In this document: in pieces, positions 19,096-27,204 of the stretch
Layout of the letters: the number at the start of each line of letters is the position of its first letter
How positions within the stretch are numbered: the first letter of the stretch is position 1
NCBI GenBank assembly: GCA_965204885.1
Contig: OZ242019.1
Span: 1,127,327-1,191,326 of the forward strand
Direction of reading: 5' to 3'
DNA: 64,000 nt
Source of the DNA: Dehalococcoidia bacterium
GTDB taxonomy: Bacteria > Chloroflexota > Dehalococcoidia > UBA6926
The notes under the pieces: model-generated
What the model saw: only the letters and a program-made list of their open reading frames with translations
What the model was told of the DNA's origin: nothing
The model's database searches: none
Program-made: the position numbers and the translations under genes

Positions 19096-19182
19096 TGGTG
19101 CCGAGGAGGAGATTTGAACTCCTACGAGCTTTCGCCCACTGCCCCCTCAAGACAGCGTGTCTACCAATTCCACCACCTCGGC
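19096..19182 (-). tRNA. tRNA-Leu (GAG)
   Basis: Reverse complement: GCCGAGG acceptor, anticodon loop TTGAGGG, long variable arm, GAGTTCAAATCTC T-arm, CCA encoded. Confidence 0.8.
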
Positions 19183-19227
19183 AAGACCTGCCCACTGCGC
19201 GCGCCCTGCCCCGAATGGATGGAGCGC

Positions 19228-19304
19228 TGGCAGGAGCGGAGGGATTCGAACCCCCGACCGACGGTTTTGGAGACCGTTGCTCTTCCGGACTGAGCTACGC
19301 TCCT
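19228..19304 (-). tRNA. tRNA-Trp (CCA)
   Basis: Reverse complement: AGGAGCG/CGCTCCT acceptor, anticodon stem ACGGT/ACCGT with loop CTCCAAA, GGTTCGAATCC T-arm. Confidence 0.8.
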
Positions 19305-19346
19305 ACCACTCGCGCCACGCAATTATGCCGAGCGTGGTGCAGAGCG

Positions 19347-20411
19347 TCAAACGATTTCAGCATCATCAGATACGGATTCTGCCGTATCCTGTTGCACCCT
19401 AGCCTGCCCCTCTTCGCCATACAAATGGCACTCCACGGTACGATTAGGCTCCACCTGCACCAGGGGGGGTTCGACCACGTCGCACAGCCCGGCCATGAAC
19501 GCCGGGCAGCGCGGATGGAAACGGCACCCGCTGGGCACGTTGGCCGGGCTGGGGGCCTCCCCGGGCAGCACCGGCCTCTCCGCGAGTCGATTCGCCGGAT
19601 CAGGCTCAGGCACCGCGTTTAGAAGCCCCTGCGTGTACGGGTGCAGGGGGTTGCTGATCAGTTCAGTGGTTGGCCCCTGTTCAACGACACGGCCCAGGTA
19701 CATGACAGCCGCCGTCGGGGCGAAGTGCCGCGCCGTTGCGATGTCATGCGTGATGTAGAGATAGCCGATGCTGTGACGTTCCTGCAGTTCCCGCAGCAGC
19801 GCCAGGATCTCGGCGCGGCTCGAGGCGTCGATCATCGAGACCGGCTCATCGGCAAGGATGTACTCCGGTGTCAATGTCAGTGCCCGCGCGATGCCGACAC
19901 GCTGCCGCTGACCACCAGAAAGCAGATGCGGGAAACGGTCAAGGAAGTCTGACGCCGGCCGCATCCGTACCTCGTCGAGCGCCCACTCCACGCGCTCCAG
20001 CCGCTCGGACGCCGAGCCTTCCCTGTGGATAACGAGCGGCTCTTCAACGATCTGACGAATCGTCATATATGGATCGAGGCTGGTGAACGGGTCCTGGAAG
20101 ATGCCCTGCGCCTGCCGTCTAAATTTTTTGAGCTGGGCCTCCTTGAGAGGCGTTATGTCCTCTCCGTCGAATATTACGCGCCCCGCCGTCGGTTCCAGCA
20201 GGCGCAGTGAAACACGCCCCAAGGTTGTCTTGCCGCAGCCGGACTCTCCCACGATGGCGATGGTCTCGCCGCGATCCAGCGCCAGAGACACGCCATCCAG
20301 CGCTCGTACAGTCGTTGTGCGGAAACCACGCCCGCGCGACTTGAAGTGCATCGCCACGTCTCGAAGATCGAGCATCGGGGCGGCGCTCATTTCCGTCTGG
20401 GCAGTCGTCAT
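19347..20411 (-). CDS. oligopeptide/dipeptide ABC transporter ATP-binding protein (OppF/DppF-like)
   Basis: Walker A GESGCGKTT, LSGGQRQRV signature, C-terminal oligopeptide-ABC extension; start taken at the ATG overlapping the upstream stop (ATGA). Confidence 0.8.
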   Translation of the reverse strand: MTTAQTEMSAAPMLDLRDVAMHFKSRGRGFRTTTVRALDGVSLALDRGETIAIVGESGCGKTTLGRVSLRLLEPTAGRVIFDGEDITPLKEAQLKKFRRQAQGIFQDPFTSLDPYMTIRQIVEEPLVIHREGSASERLERVEWALDEVRMRPASDFLDRFPHLLSGGQRQRVGIARALTLTPEYILADEPVSMIDASSRAEILALLRELQERHSIGYLYITHDIATARHFAPTAAVMYLGRVVEQGPTTELISNPLHPYTQGLLNAVPEPDPANRLAERPVLPGEAPSPANVPSGCRFHPRCPAFMAGLCDVVEPPLVQVEPNRTVECHLYGEEGQARVQQDTAESVSDDAEIV

Positions 20412-21400
20412 GGTGTTTCCTCGTCCAATAGCCAGCATGCCGCTAAAGACTGACCGCTTGGTGTGGTGAAATCGCGCGGATCCTCGACGCGGCACTTATC
20501 CATGGCGAACTGGCAGCGCGGATGGAATCGGCAGCCCGTCGGCGGATCGGAAAGGTCAGGAGGCGCGCCCGGGATGAACTCCAGCGGGGTGTCCGAACGG
20601 AGGCGTGGGATAGCCGCCAACAGCTTCTGCGTGTAGGGATGGGACGGCGCGCCGAGAATGTCCTCCGACGGGCCGATTTCCACCAGCCGCCCCGCGTACA
20701 TCACGGCAATGTGATCCGCCAGATCACTGGCCAGCGCGATGTCATGGCTGATGAAGATTGACGCGATGTCCAGATTGGCCTTGAGCCGCTTGAACAGGTT
20801 CATGATCTGCGCCTGCACGCCCACGTCGAGCGCGGAAGTCGGCTCGTCCAGCAGAATCAACGTGGGGTCAAGCGCCAACGCGGAAGCCACGGCGATGCGC
20901 TGCTTCATGCCGCCGCTCAGTTCATGCGGGTAGCGGTTGAACGTCTCCGGCGGCAGCCGCACCATGTCCAGCAACTCGCGCGTGCGCTCGTCCGCCTCCT
21001 GGCGTGATTGGCCGCCGCGCGATGTCAGCACTTCCCGAACCTGGTGCCCAACCTTGTAGATAGGGTTAAGGGACTCCGTCGCGCCCTGGAACACCATTGA
21101 AATCTGCCGCCAGCGCACGCGGTCACGGAAATCGCCGTCCGAGAGCGCCATACAGTCCGCGCCGTTGAGAGTTATCTGCCCATCGAATTGGGATGTGTTG
21201 CGCGGCAGCAGGCGCAGAAGCGCAAGAGCGAGACTCGTCTTGCCGGAGCCGGACTCGCCGACGATGGCAAGGGTCTCCCCCGCTGCAAGGTCGAACGACA
21301 CGCCGTCCACCGCACGCACGTCGCCCCGGTCAGCCGCATAAAACAGGCGTAGGTCGCGTACTGAGAGAAGAGGCTTGTTGCCCGACTGCCGCGCGTTCAT
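20408..21400 (-). CDS. oligopeptide/dipeptide ABC transporter ATP-binding protein (OppD/DppD-like)
   Basis: GESGSGKTS Walker A, LSGGMKQRI signature; start at MNARQ..., ATGA overlap with permease stop. Confidence 0.8.
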   Translation of the reverse strand: MNARQSGNKPLLSVRDLRLFYAADRGDVRAVDGVSFDLAAGETLAIVGESGSGKTSLALALLRLLPRNTSQFDGQITLNGADCMALSDGDFRDRVRWRQISMVFQGATESLNPIYKVGHQVREVLTSRGGQSRQEADERTRELLDMVRLPPETFNRYPHELSGGMKQRIAVASALALDPTLILLDEPTSALDVGVQAQIMNLFKRLKANLDIASIFISHDIALASDLADHIAVMYAGRLVEIGPSEDILGAPSHPYTQKLLAAIPRLRSDTPLEFIPGAPPDLSDPPTGCRFHPRCQFAMDKCRVEDPRDFTTPSGQSLAACWLLDEETP

Positions 21401-22830
21401 GCCGCCGTCTCCCGCAGGCGTGGATTGAGCACCGGCTCCATGGCCAGCGCGAGAAGGACGAAGGTCATGGCAGTGATGACGATGAGGATGCCCGGCGGTA
21501 GTATCCACCACCAGTAGCCGATGAAGATCGCGCCCGTACGGAATCCCTGCTCGAGGATCTGCCCCCACGTTGGCAAGGAAGGGTCGCCGAGTCCCAGGAA
21601 GCTCAGCCCCGCCTCGGCGAGAATCGCCGCCGGGGTGAAGAAGATCATCTGCGCGACGATGAACGGGGCCATCTGGAAGAAGACGTGCCTAAACATGATG
21701 CGCCACCGCGACGCGCCAAGCGCCTGCGTGGCCTCCACCAGCTGCCCGGACCGCACCTGCAGCACCATGGAGCGGAGGATGATGGTCAGCCCCGGCCAAC
21801 CGAATATCACGAGGATCGTCATCACCAGCCAGAGTTTCTGGCCGAGAACGAATATCAGGAAGATGAGGATCGGCAGCAGCGGGATGTTCGTCATCACGTC
21901 GGACAGCCGCTGGATGACGGTGTCCGTCCTGCCGCCTGAGAACCCGCTCAGGATGCCGAAGAACGTGCCAAGGATGGTGGCAGCCACGCTCGTCGATATG
22001 CCGATGATGAGCGCGACGGGAAAGCCGAACATCAGGCCCGTCGCGAGATTGCGCCCCTGCGTATCCGTTCCCATCAACCCGAACACGCCGCCCGCCGCCA
22101 CGAATCGCACGCTCTCAACCGAGTCCCGCGCGTCGTAGGTAATGACGCGAATCGTCGCCGTGTATTCACCCGTCAGCGGTTCGAACTCGGCGGCATCATT
22201 CGATACGGGCGTGCCGAACAGCGCCGCCTCCAGGTTGCCCTGCATCTCTGCTTCGCTGAGGCGCAAGTTGAACTCACGTTGGAGGAAGTCGGTTGCTGCG
22301 GTGAGCGCGTTGGTGTCTCCCGTCAGGTAGATGCGGCGCGGTTCATCGGCGAATCGCGTGATCGGCGGTGTCTCGTCGGGACGTTGTCCGCGCACCACCT
22401 CCTGCAGGATCGTTGCCGTGCGTCCGTCAGGCCGCGCAAGCGTCATCGAGATCACGGGAGGGCGGTCATAGAAGGTCACCTCGCCAACGGAGACGGAGAG
22501 GAATGTGGGTGGCGACTCAGACTCATGGTCGAACGTGAACGAATACAGGCGTGTTGTCGCAGGGCCGGTCTCGACGGTTTGCGTGGGCGTCTCGGCATCG
22601 AAAACGCGATGGCGGGGAGCCTGATCGCCGACGAGGTTGGTCCATGCGGGCGGCGCGGCTTTGGGGTTGTCCGCCCAAGCGATGGGGTTGTTCCAGAACC
22701 GCAGGCCGAAATCCAGCGGGTAGAAGAACGGCACCAGCAGGGACACGAACACGAGCACGGCCAGCAGGCCGATGCCCAGCCTGCCCGAGCCTGATCGGAG
22801 TACGACGCGAAGCGCCTCGCCCGGCCTCAT
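21397..22830 (-). CDS. ABC transporter permease (OppC/DppC-like) with large N-terminal extracytoplasmic domain
   Basis: BPD_transp_1-type TM core in C-terminal half; overlaps the upstream permease stop. Confidence 0.8.
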   Translation of the reverse strand: MRPGEALRVVLRSGSGRLGIGLLAVLVFVSLLVPFFYPLDFGLRFWNNPIAWADNPKAAPPAWTNLVGDQAPRHRVFDAETPTQTVETGPATTRLYSFTFDHESESPPTFLSVSVGEVTFYDRPPVISMTLARPDGRTATILQEVVRGQRPDETPPITRFADEPRRIYLTGDTNALTAATDFLQREFNLRLSEAEMQGNLEAALFGTPVSNDAAEFEPLTGEYTATIRVITYDARDSVESVRFVAAGGVFGLMGTDTQGRNLATGLMFGFPVALIIGISTSVAATILGTFFGILSGFSGGRTDTVIQRLSDVMTNIPLLPILIFLIFVLGQKLWLVMTILVIFGWPGLTIILRSMVLQVRSGQLVEATQALGASRWRIMFRHVFFQMAPFIVAQMIFFTPAAILAEAGLSFLGLGDPSLPTWGQILEQGFRTGAIFIGYWWWILPPGILIVITAMTFVLLALAMEPVLNPRLRETAA

Positions 22831-23882
22831 TGCGCCGTATACCTCACGCGCGGATCCAGAACGACGTACAGCACCTCAAGCACGAACCGCGCCGCCACGT
22901 ACATCAGCGTGAACATGAACGTCAGCGCGACGATGACGGCCTCATCCGCCGTTGTGATTGCGTCGAAGTAGAGCCGTCCCATTCCGGGCCAGTTGAAGAC
23001 GGTCTCAGTCAGGATCGCGCCGCCGATGGAGCCGGTGAGGGCGAGGATGATATTGGTGGCGATGGGCGGCGCGGCCACGCGCAGGATATGCCGCCGCATC
23101 ACCTGTCCCTCCGGCAGGCCGCGTGCCCGTGCCGCCGTCACGTGGAACTCCTGCGCCGTGTTCAGCAGCATCGTCCGCACCACATACGTCCACGCGCCCA
23201 CGGAGACCAGCACGAGCGTCAGGATGGGCAGCGCCGCGTGCCAGAGCAGGTCCATGAAGCGCAGCAGTTCCCCTTCCGGCGGCGGCGAACTGTACAGCCC
23301 GCCGGAAGGGAATATCCGCAGCTGGAAGGAGAGGACGAGGATCAGCAGGATGCCCGCCCACCACGCGGGCAGGGCGTTCGACGCGGCGGCAAGGTAGGAC
23401 GCGAGGCGGTCGCTCCGCGTGCCCACGCGAGTTGCCAGCTTTGCTCCCAGCCATAACCCGATGATTGCCGTGATGACGAGCGACGTCGTCACCAACATCA
23501 TCGAGTAGGGCACTCGCTCCAGCACGATGTCCGTGACGCGTGACGAGCCGTCGAAGCTTCGTAAATTGCGCGCTGATCCGAGGTCCAGTGTGAGCACTCG
23601 TCCAACCATTGCGGGCAGGCGTGTGTACCAGGGATCGTCCAGGCCGTAGAACTCCTCCAGGTCGACTCGCCGTTCCCGCAGCGTCTCTTCAAGGCGTTCC
23701 GGGTCTCGAATCGTCTCGGCGAGTGCCTGCCGCTGCCCCCGCATCTCCTCGGAGACGATGGCGGTCAACATGCGATCGGAGAATCCGGTCGCGCCAAGCG
23801 TCACGACAACCAGCACAAGGACAACGAGAACGACGCCCACCAGGCTGAGGGCGCGCAATCCGAGTGTGTACGCAAGCGCCAT
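22827..23882 (-). CDS. ABC transporter permease (OppB/DppB-like)
   Basis: Six TM segments and EAA-like loop; first gene of the minus-strand operon. Confidence 0.8.
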   Translation of the reverse strand: MALAYTLGLRALSLVGVVLVVLVLVVVTLGATGFSDRMLTAIVSEEMRGQRQALAETIRDPERLEETLRERRVDLEEFYGLDDPWYTRLPAMVGRVLTLDLGSARNLRSFDGSSRVTDIVLERVPYSMMLVTTSLVITAIIGLWLGAKLATRVGTRSDRLASYLAAASNALPAWWAGILLILVLSFQLRIFPSGGLYSSPPPEGELLRFMDLLWHAALPILTLVLVSVGAWTYVVRTMLLNTAQEFHVTAARARGLPEGQVMRRHILRVAAPPIATNIILALTGSIGGAILTETVFNWPGMGRLYFDAITTADEAVIVALTFMFTLMYVAARFVLEVLYVVLDPRVRYTAQ

Positions 23883-24402
23883 TACGAATCAGGTATAAGC
23901 ATTGGGCCAAACCGTGCTACCAGCATACGCCAGACAGCTTCTACTGCCCGCGTCCACGCCCTCAATTAGTGAAACGGCGCACAATGTTGACACGTTATCG
24001 ACACATGCGTAGAGTGCCGTCTACAGGGGTTGCGGCCCCGAAAAAATCGGCCCCCCGGGGAGCCGGCGTAAAGGAGGGAAGACGGAAAGATGCGTTTGTA
24101 CGCGGAATACGTCACACGGAAGTTCCCTTACGCGAGCCTCGCTGTGGGGAGGACCGGCTGAGCCGCTGAGCGGCGCCAGATCAGCCACCCCAACATAGCG
24201 AGGCAAAGAGGGCGGTGAGTGGCGCCCGCACAATGCCCGCCGCGCAAAGCCAGAATGACGGCCGTCAGGATGGTGGAGCGGGTGGAACAGAAGGAGCGCC
24301 CGGGTAAACCGCCCGAAACAACGGTGCGATCGCATGACAGGCCCGGGCTTTGAAGGAGTCCGGGCCTGTTGACGTATTGGGTTCAGTCAGCCAAATGGCC
24401 GG
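23883..24402 (-). promoter_or_regulatory. long (~520 nt) GC-rich 5' leader / intergenic region upstream of the peptide ABC operon; contains hairpins and a strong-SD mini-ORF (24090..24161, + strand)
   Basis: No plausible protein gene; 9-bp perfect hairpin caggcccgg...ccgggcctg (24329-24359); AAGGAGGG followed by ATG opening a 23-codon ORF MRLYAEYVTRKFPYASLAVGRTG. Confidence 0.3.
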
Positions 24403-24528
24403 CTAGTCGGTGCTGCTGAGGGAATCGCCCTTGTCAAATGCCGCGATGATCAGCAGCAGAACGATGAGGACAACGCCAACCCACATGAGGGTCTGCGTCA
24501 CATCAGCGCTGCGCCTTCGATAGATCAT
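24403..24528 (-). CDS. small membrane protein (41 aa)
   Basis: MIYRRRSADVTQTLMWVGVVLIVLLLIIAAFDKGDSLSSTD: one TM helix; its ATG overlaps the MoaD-like gene stop as ATGA; not in the ORF track (under 60 aa). Confidence 0.35.
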   Translation of the reverse strand: MIYRRRSADVTQTLMWVGVVLIVLLLIIAAFDKGDSLSSTD

Positions 24529-24809
24529 GCCGCGCCGCCCGCGATTGCCGGAACGATGACGATCTCATCGCCGTCGTTCACTTCCGTTTCAAGCCCGCGC
24601 AAGTACATGATGTCGTTGTCATTCAGGAAAATGGAGACGAACGGGTGAATGTCCCCCGTCACGTCGTCCAGGACGCGCGCCTTGATGCCCGGAAAACGGG
24701 ATTCCAACACTTCCAGCGCTTCGGTCAGCGGACCAGACGGCACGTCAATACGGTCGACGCCTTCAGTGATGCGCCGCATTGCTGTTGGGACTTTCAAGCT
24801 CGCAGGCAT
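24525..24809 (-). CDS. MoaD/ThiS-family ubiquitin-like sulfur-carrier protein (C-terminal GG followed by AA)
   Basis: 94 aa; ...NDGDEIVIVPAIAGGAA: beta-grasp pattern ending Gly-Gly plus two extra residues. Confidence 0.6.
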   Translation of the reverse strand: MPASLKVPTAMRRITEGVDRIDVPSGPLTEALEVLESRFPGIKARVLDDVTGDIHPFVSIFLNDNDIMYLRGLETEVNDGDEIVIVPAIAGGAA

Positions 24810-24872
24810 GCTCGTGGATACCGCCTCTCGTATTGATTCCGCCGCGTTTAGTATATCGCCTGCCGGACGGCG

Positions 24873-25265
24873 TTAGTCAGACTCGGAGTCGAGTCTGAGC
24901 GAGGCGGAATTGAGGCAGTAGCGAAGGCCGGTTGGAGCTGGGCCGTCCGGGAAGAGGTGTCCGAGGTGCGCGCCGCATTCGCCGCACATCACTTCCGTGC
25001 GGACCATGCCGAACGAGCGGTCCTCTTCTTCCTTGATGACCGCGCCCTCCAGCGGCTGATAGAAGCTGGGCCAACCGGTGCCGGAATCGTACTTGGTTTC
25101 GGAGCTGAACAGCGGGGTATCGCAGCAGATGCATCGATAGATGCCCGGCTCATGCTCGTTCCAGTAGATGCCGGTGAAGGGCGGCTCCGTGCCCTTCTCA
25201 CGCGTCACGTGATACTGCATGTCCGTCAGCTTTTCGCGATACTGTGTGTCGTTGGTGGAGTCCAT
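24873..25265 (-). CDS. msrB: peptide-methionine (R)-S-oxide reductase
   Basis: CxxC...CxxC zinc motif and catalytic RYCLNSASL; 130 aa. Confidence 0.85.
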   Translation of the reverse strand: MDSTNDTQYREKLTDMQYHVTREKGTEPPFTGIYWNEHEPGIYRCICCDTPLFSSETKYDSGTGWPSFYQPLEGAVIKEEEDRSFGMVRTEVMCGECGAHLGHLFPDGPAPTGLRYCLNSASLRLDSESD

Positions 25266-25292
25266 GGGCGATCCTCCCCAATATCCTTTCTC

Positions 25293-25856
25293 TTACACCC
25301 GCAGGTCTGCGAGGTACTTGTCCCGGAACTTCGCCACCTTGGGCTCGATGATGACCTGGCAATAGGACGCGCCCGGGTTGCTGCGGAAATACTCCTGGTG
25401 GTAGTCCTCCGCCTTATAGAAGATGTCCAGCGGCTCCACCTGCGTCACGAGCGGGTCTCGATACAGGCCCTGCTCCGATACGCGCTTGATGGCGGCCTCC
25501 GCCTCCGCCTTCTGCTTATCATCGTGATACAGGATGATGGAGCGGTACTGCGGCCCCACGTCATACCCTTGCCGGTTCAGCGTCGTGGGGTCATGGATCG
25601 TGAAGAAGATGTCCAGCAGGTGGCTGAGCGAGACGACCGACGGGTCAAAGGTGACCTGCGTGACCTCGGCGTGCCCGGTTGTTCCCGTGCAGACCCGCTC
25701 GTAGCTCGGGTTCGGCACGTGTCCGCCCGCGTAGCCGGAGACGACGCTCTCCACGCCGTTCACCAACTCATACACGGCCTCCAGACACCAGAAGCACCCG
25801 CCGCCAAGTGTGGCCGTTTGCAGCTGCCGTCCGCTGTCTCCACTCCCGTTCACCAT
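25293..25856 (-). CDS. msrA: peptide-methionine (S)-S-oxide reductase
   Basis: GGGCFWCLEAVY active-site motif. Confidence 0.85.
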   Translation of the reverse strand: MVNGSGDSGRQLQTATLGGGCFWCLEAVYELVNGVESVVSGYAGGHVPNPSYERVCTGTTGHAEVTQVTFDPSVVSLSHLLDIFFTIHDPTTLNRQGYDVGPQYRSIILYHDDKQKAEAEAAIKRVSEQGLYRDPLVTQVEPLDIFYKAEDYHQEYFRSNPGASYCQVIIEPKVAKFRDKYLADLRV

Positions 25857-25960
25857 GTCATTTGTCCTTTCGCGCCGGCGTCGACGGGTCGCCGATCTGT
25901 TCGTTGGTATGTACGTCCATGATACGAATCAGCGGAAACCGCGAGACGCCGGGCTTTTCC

Positions 25961-26245
25961 TCAAACACGGAGGCCGGCGAGAAGGTCCCCGTGCTCCTTG
26001 CTCCCCTCTTCCAGGGCGGCAAGTATCGCATTCACCAGTTGCCGCGCCGACTCCGCGCTGATCTCCACGGCGACCCGATCTCCGGTTCCGCCCTTTTCGT
26101 TGACGAAGTCGATGTTCACGCTGTGCTCCATGAGCGCGTGGGCGGGATGGTCATAACACACATTCGCTTTCGTCACCGGTATCCAGCCGTCCGCGGACTT
26201 TCCGCTGCCGCTCACTTCTGCCGTCTGAACAATCCATGTACACAT
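25961..26245 (-). CDS. hypothetical small protein
   Basis: 94-aa ORF with coding-like composition; no recognisable motif. Confidence 0.35.
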   Translation of the reverse strand: MCTWIVQTAEVSGSGKSADGWIPVTKANVCYDHPAHALMEHSVNIDFVNEKGGTGDRVAVEISAESARQLVNAILAALEEGSKEHGDLLAGLRV

Positions 26246-26272
26246 GTCAGTTGGTCTCCTGTTGCCCTGCCC

Positions 26273-27019
26273 TTACGCTGCCAGGTGTTCCGAGAGAAAG
26301 TGGAATAGTTTCTCCCACCCGTCCAGCGCCTGTTCAATGCGGTAGTTCAGGCGATCATAGTAGAAGAAGCCGTGCCCCGCGCCGTCGTAGCGGTGGAACT
26401 CATAGTGCTTCCCGTGCTGCTTCAAGGCCTCTTCCAGCGCGTTCACATGCGCTTGCGTGGGATTCATGTCATCGTTGCCGAACAGCCCGAGAATCGGCGC
26501 GCTCAGGTTCGGGGTGTAATCGATTGGCGCAACGGGCATCTTCTCCGACTTCTCGTCGTCGGACATGACGATGCGCCCGCCCCAGCAGTTGACGACGGCG
26601 TCGAAATCGCCCGCGCATGCCGCGAGGTAGGCGTGCCGTCCGCCGGAGCACGTGCCGAAAACGCCGACCTTTCCGTTGGTCTGCGGCAGCGAGCGCAGGA
26701 ACTGCATCGAGCCTAGGATATCGCCGGTTGCCTGATCGTCCGCCACGCCTCCCGCGGCGCGGACGGCGGCGGCAACATCATCCGGGCTGCCGGTCCCCTC
26801 GCGCTCATAGAGGTTCGGGGAGATTGCCATATAGCCGTGGTGGGCGAACTTGCGAGTCGCCTCCCGGTACCACTCATCCCATCCGGGCGCGTGGTGAATC
26901 ACGACCACCCCCGGAAACGGCCCGGGGCCGAGCGGCCGTGCGAAATACGCCGGGATATCATCGCCGTTGTGCCCCTTGACCGTTGTGATGTCCGCGATCA
27001 TGCCCTCGTAGTCAGCCAT
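26273..27019 (-). CDS. dienelactone hydrolase family protein
   Basis: VVVIHHAPGWDEW...GVFGTCSGGRHA nucleophile elbow...GAGHGF; start taken at MADYEGM (the ORF track's first codon is a GTG with an SD that is too close). Confidence 0.75.
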   Translation of the reverse strand: MADYEGMIADITTVKGHNGDDIPAYFARPLGPGPFPGVVVIHHAPGWDEWYREATRKFAHHGYMAISPNLYEREGTGSPDDVAAAVRAAGGVADDQATGDILGSMQFLRSLPQTNGKVGVFGTCSGGRHAYLAACAGDFDAVVNCWGGRIVMSDDEKSEKMPVAPIDYTPNLSAPILGLFGNDDMNPTQAHVNALEEALKQHGKHYEFHRYDGAGHGFFYYDRLNYRIEQALDGWEKLFHFLSEHLAA

Positions 27020-27204
27020 GTAGCACCCCCACACTCCTATTGGTTGTCAGTAACGGTCTCCTCTTTCCGGCCCACCGGAGGAAGCCGCCCGCCCATGTTG
27101 CGCCTTTTGCCCATGACCACGCAAGCGGCAGCGCTGTTGCGTTAGACTCAAATTGTGCTGCGTGACACTGCTGCGATAAATCTATCGTCCGGCCGGGAGG
27201 CGCT

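Noticed and set aside
23883-24402. Known riboswitch (cobalamin/NiCo/SAM) in the ABC-operon leader
   Set aside because: I could not find class-defining motifs (for example a B12 box) by eye; left as an unclassified structured leader and not called as an RNA gene.
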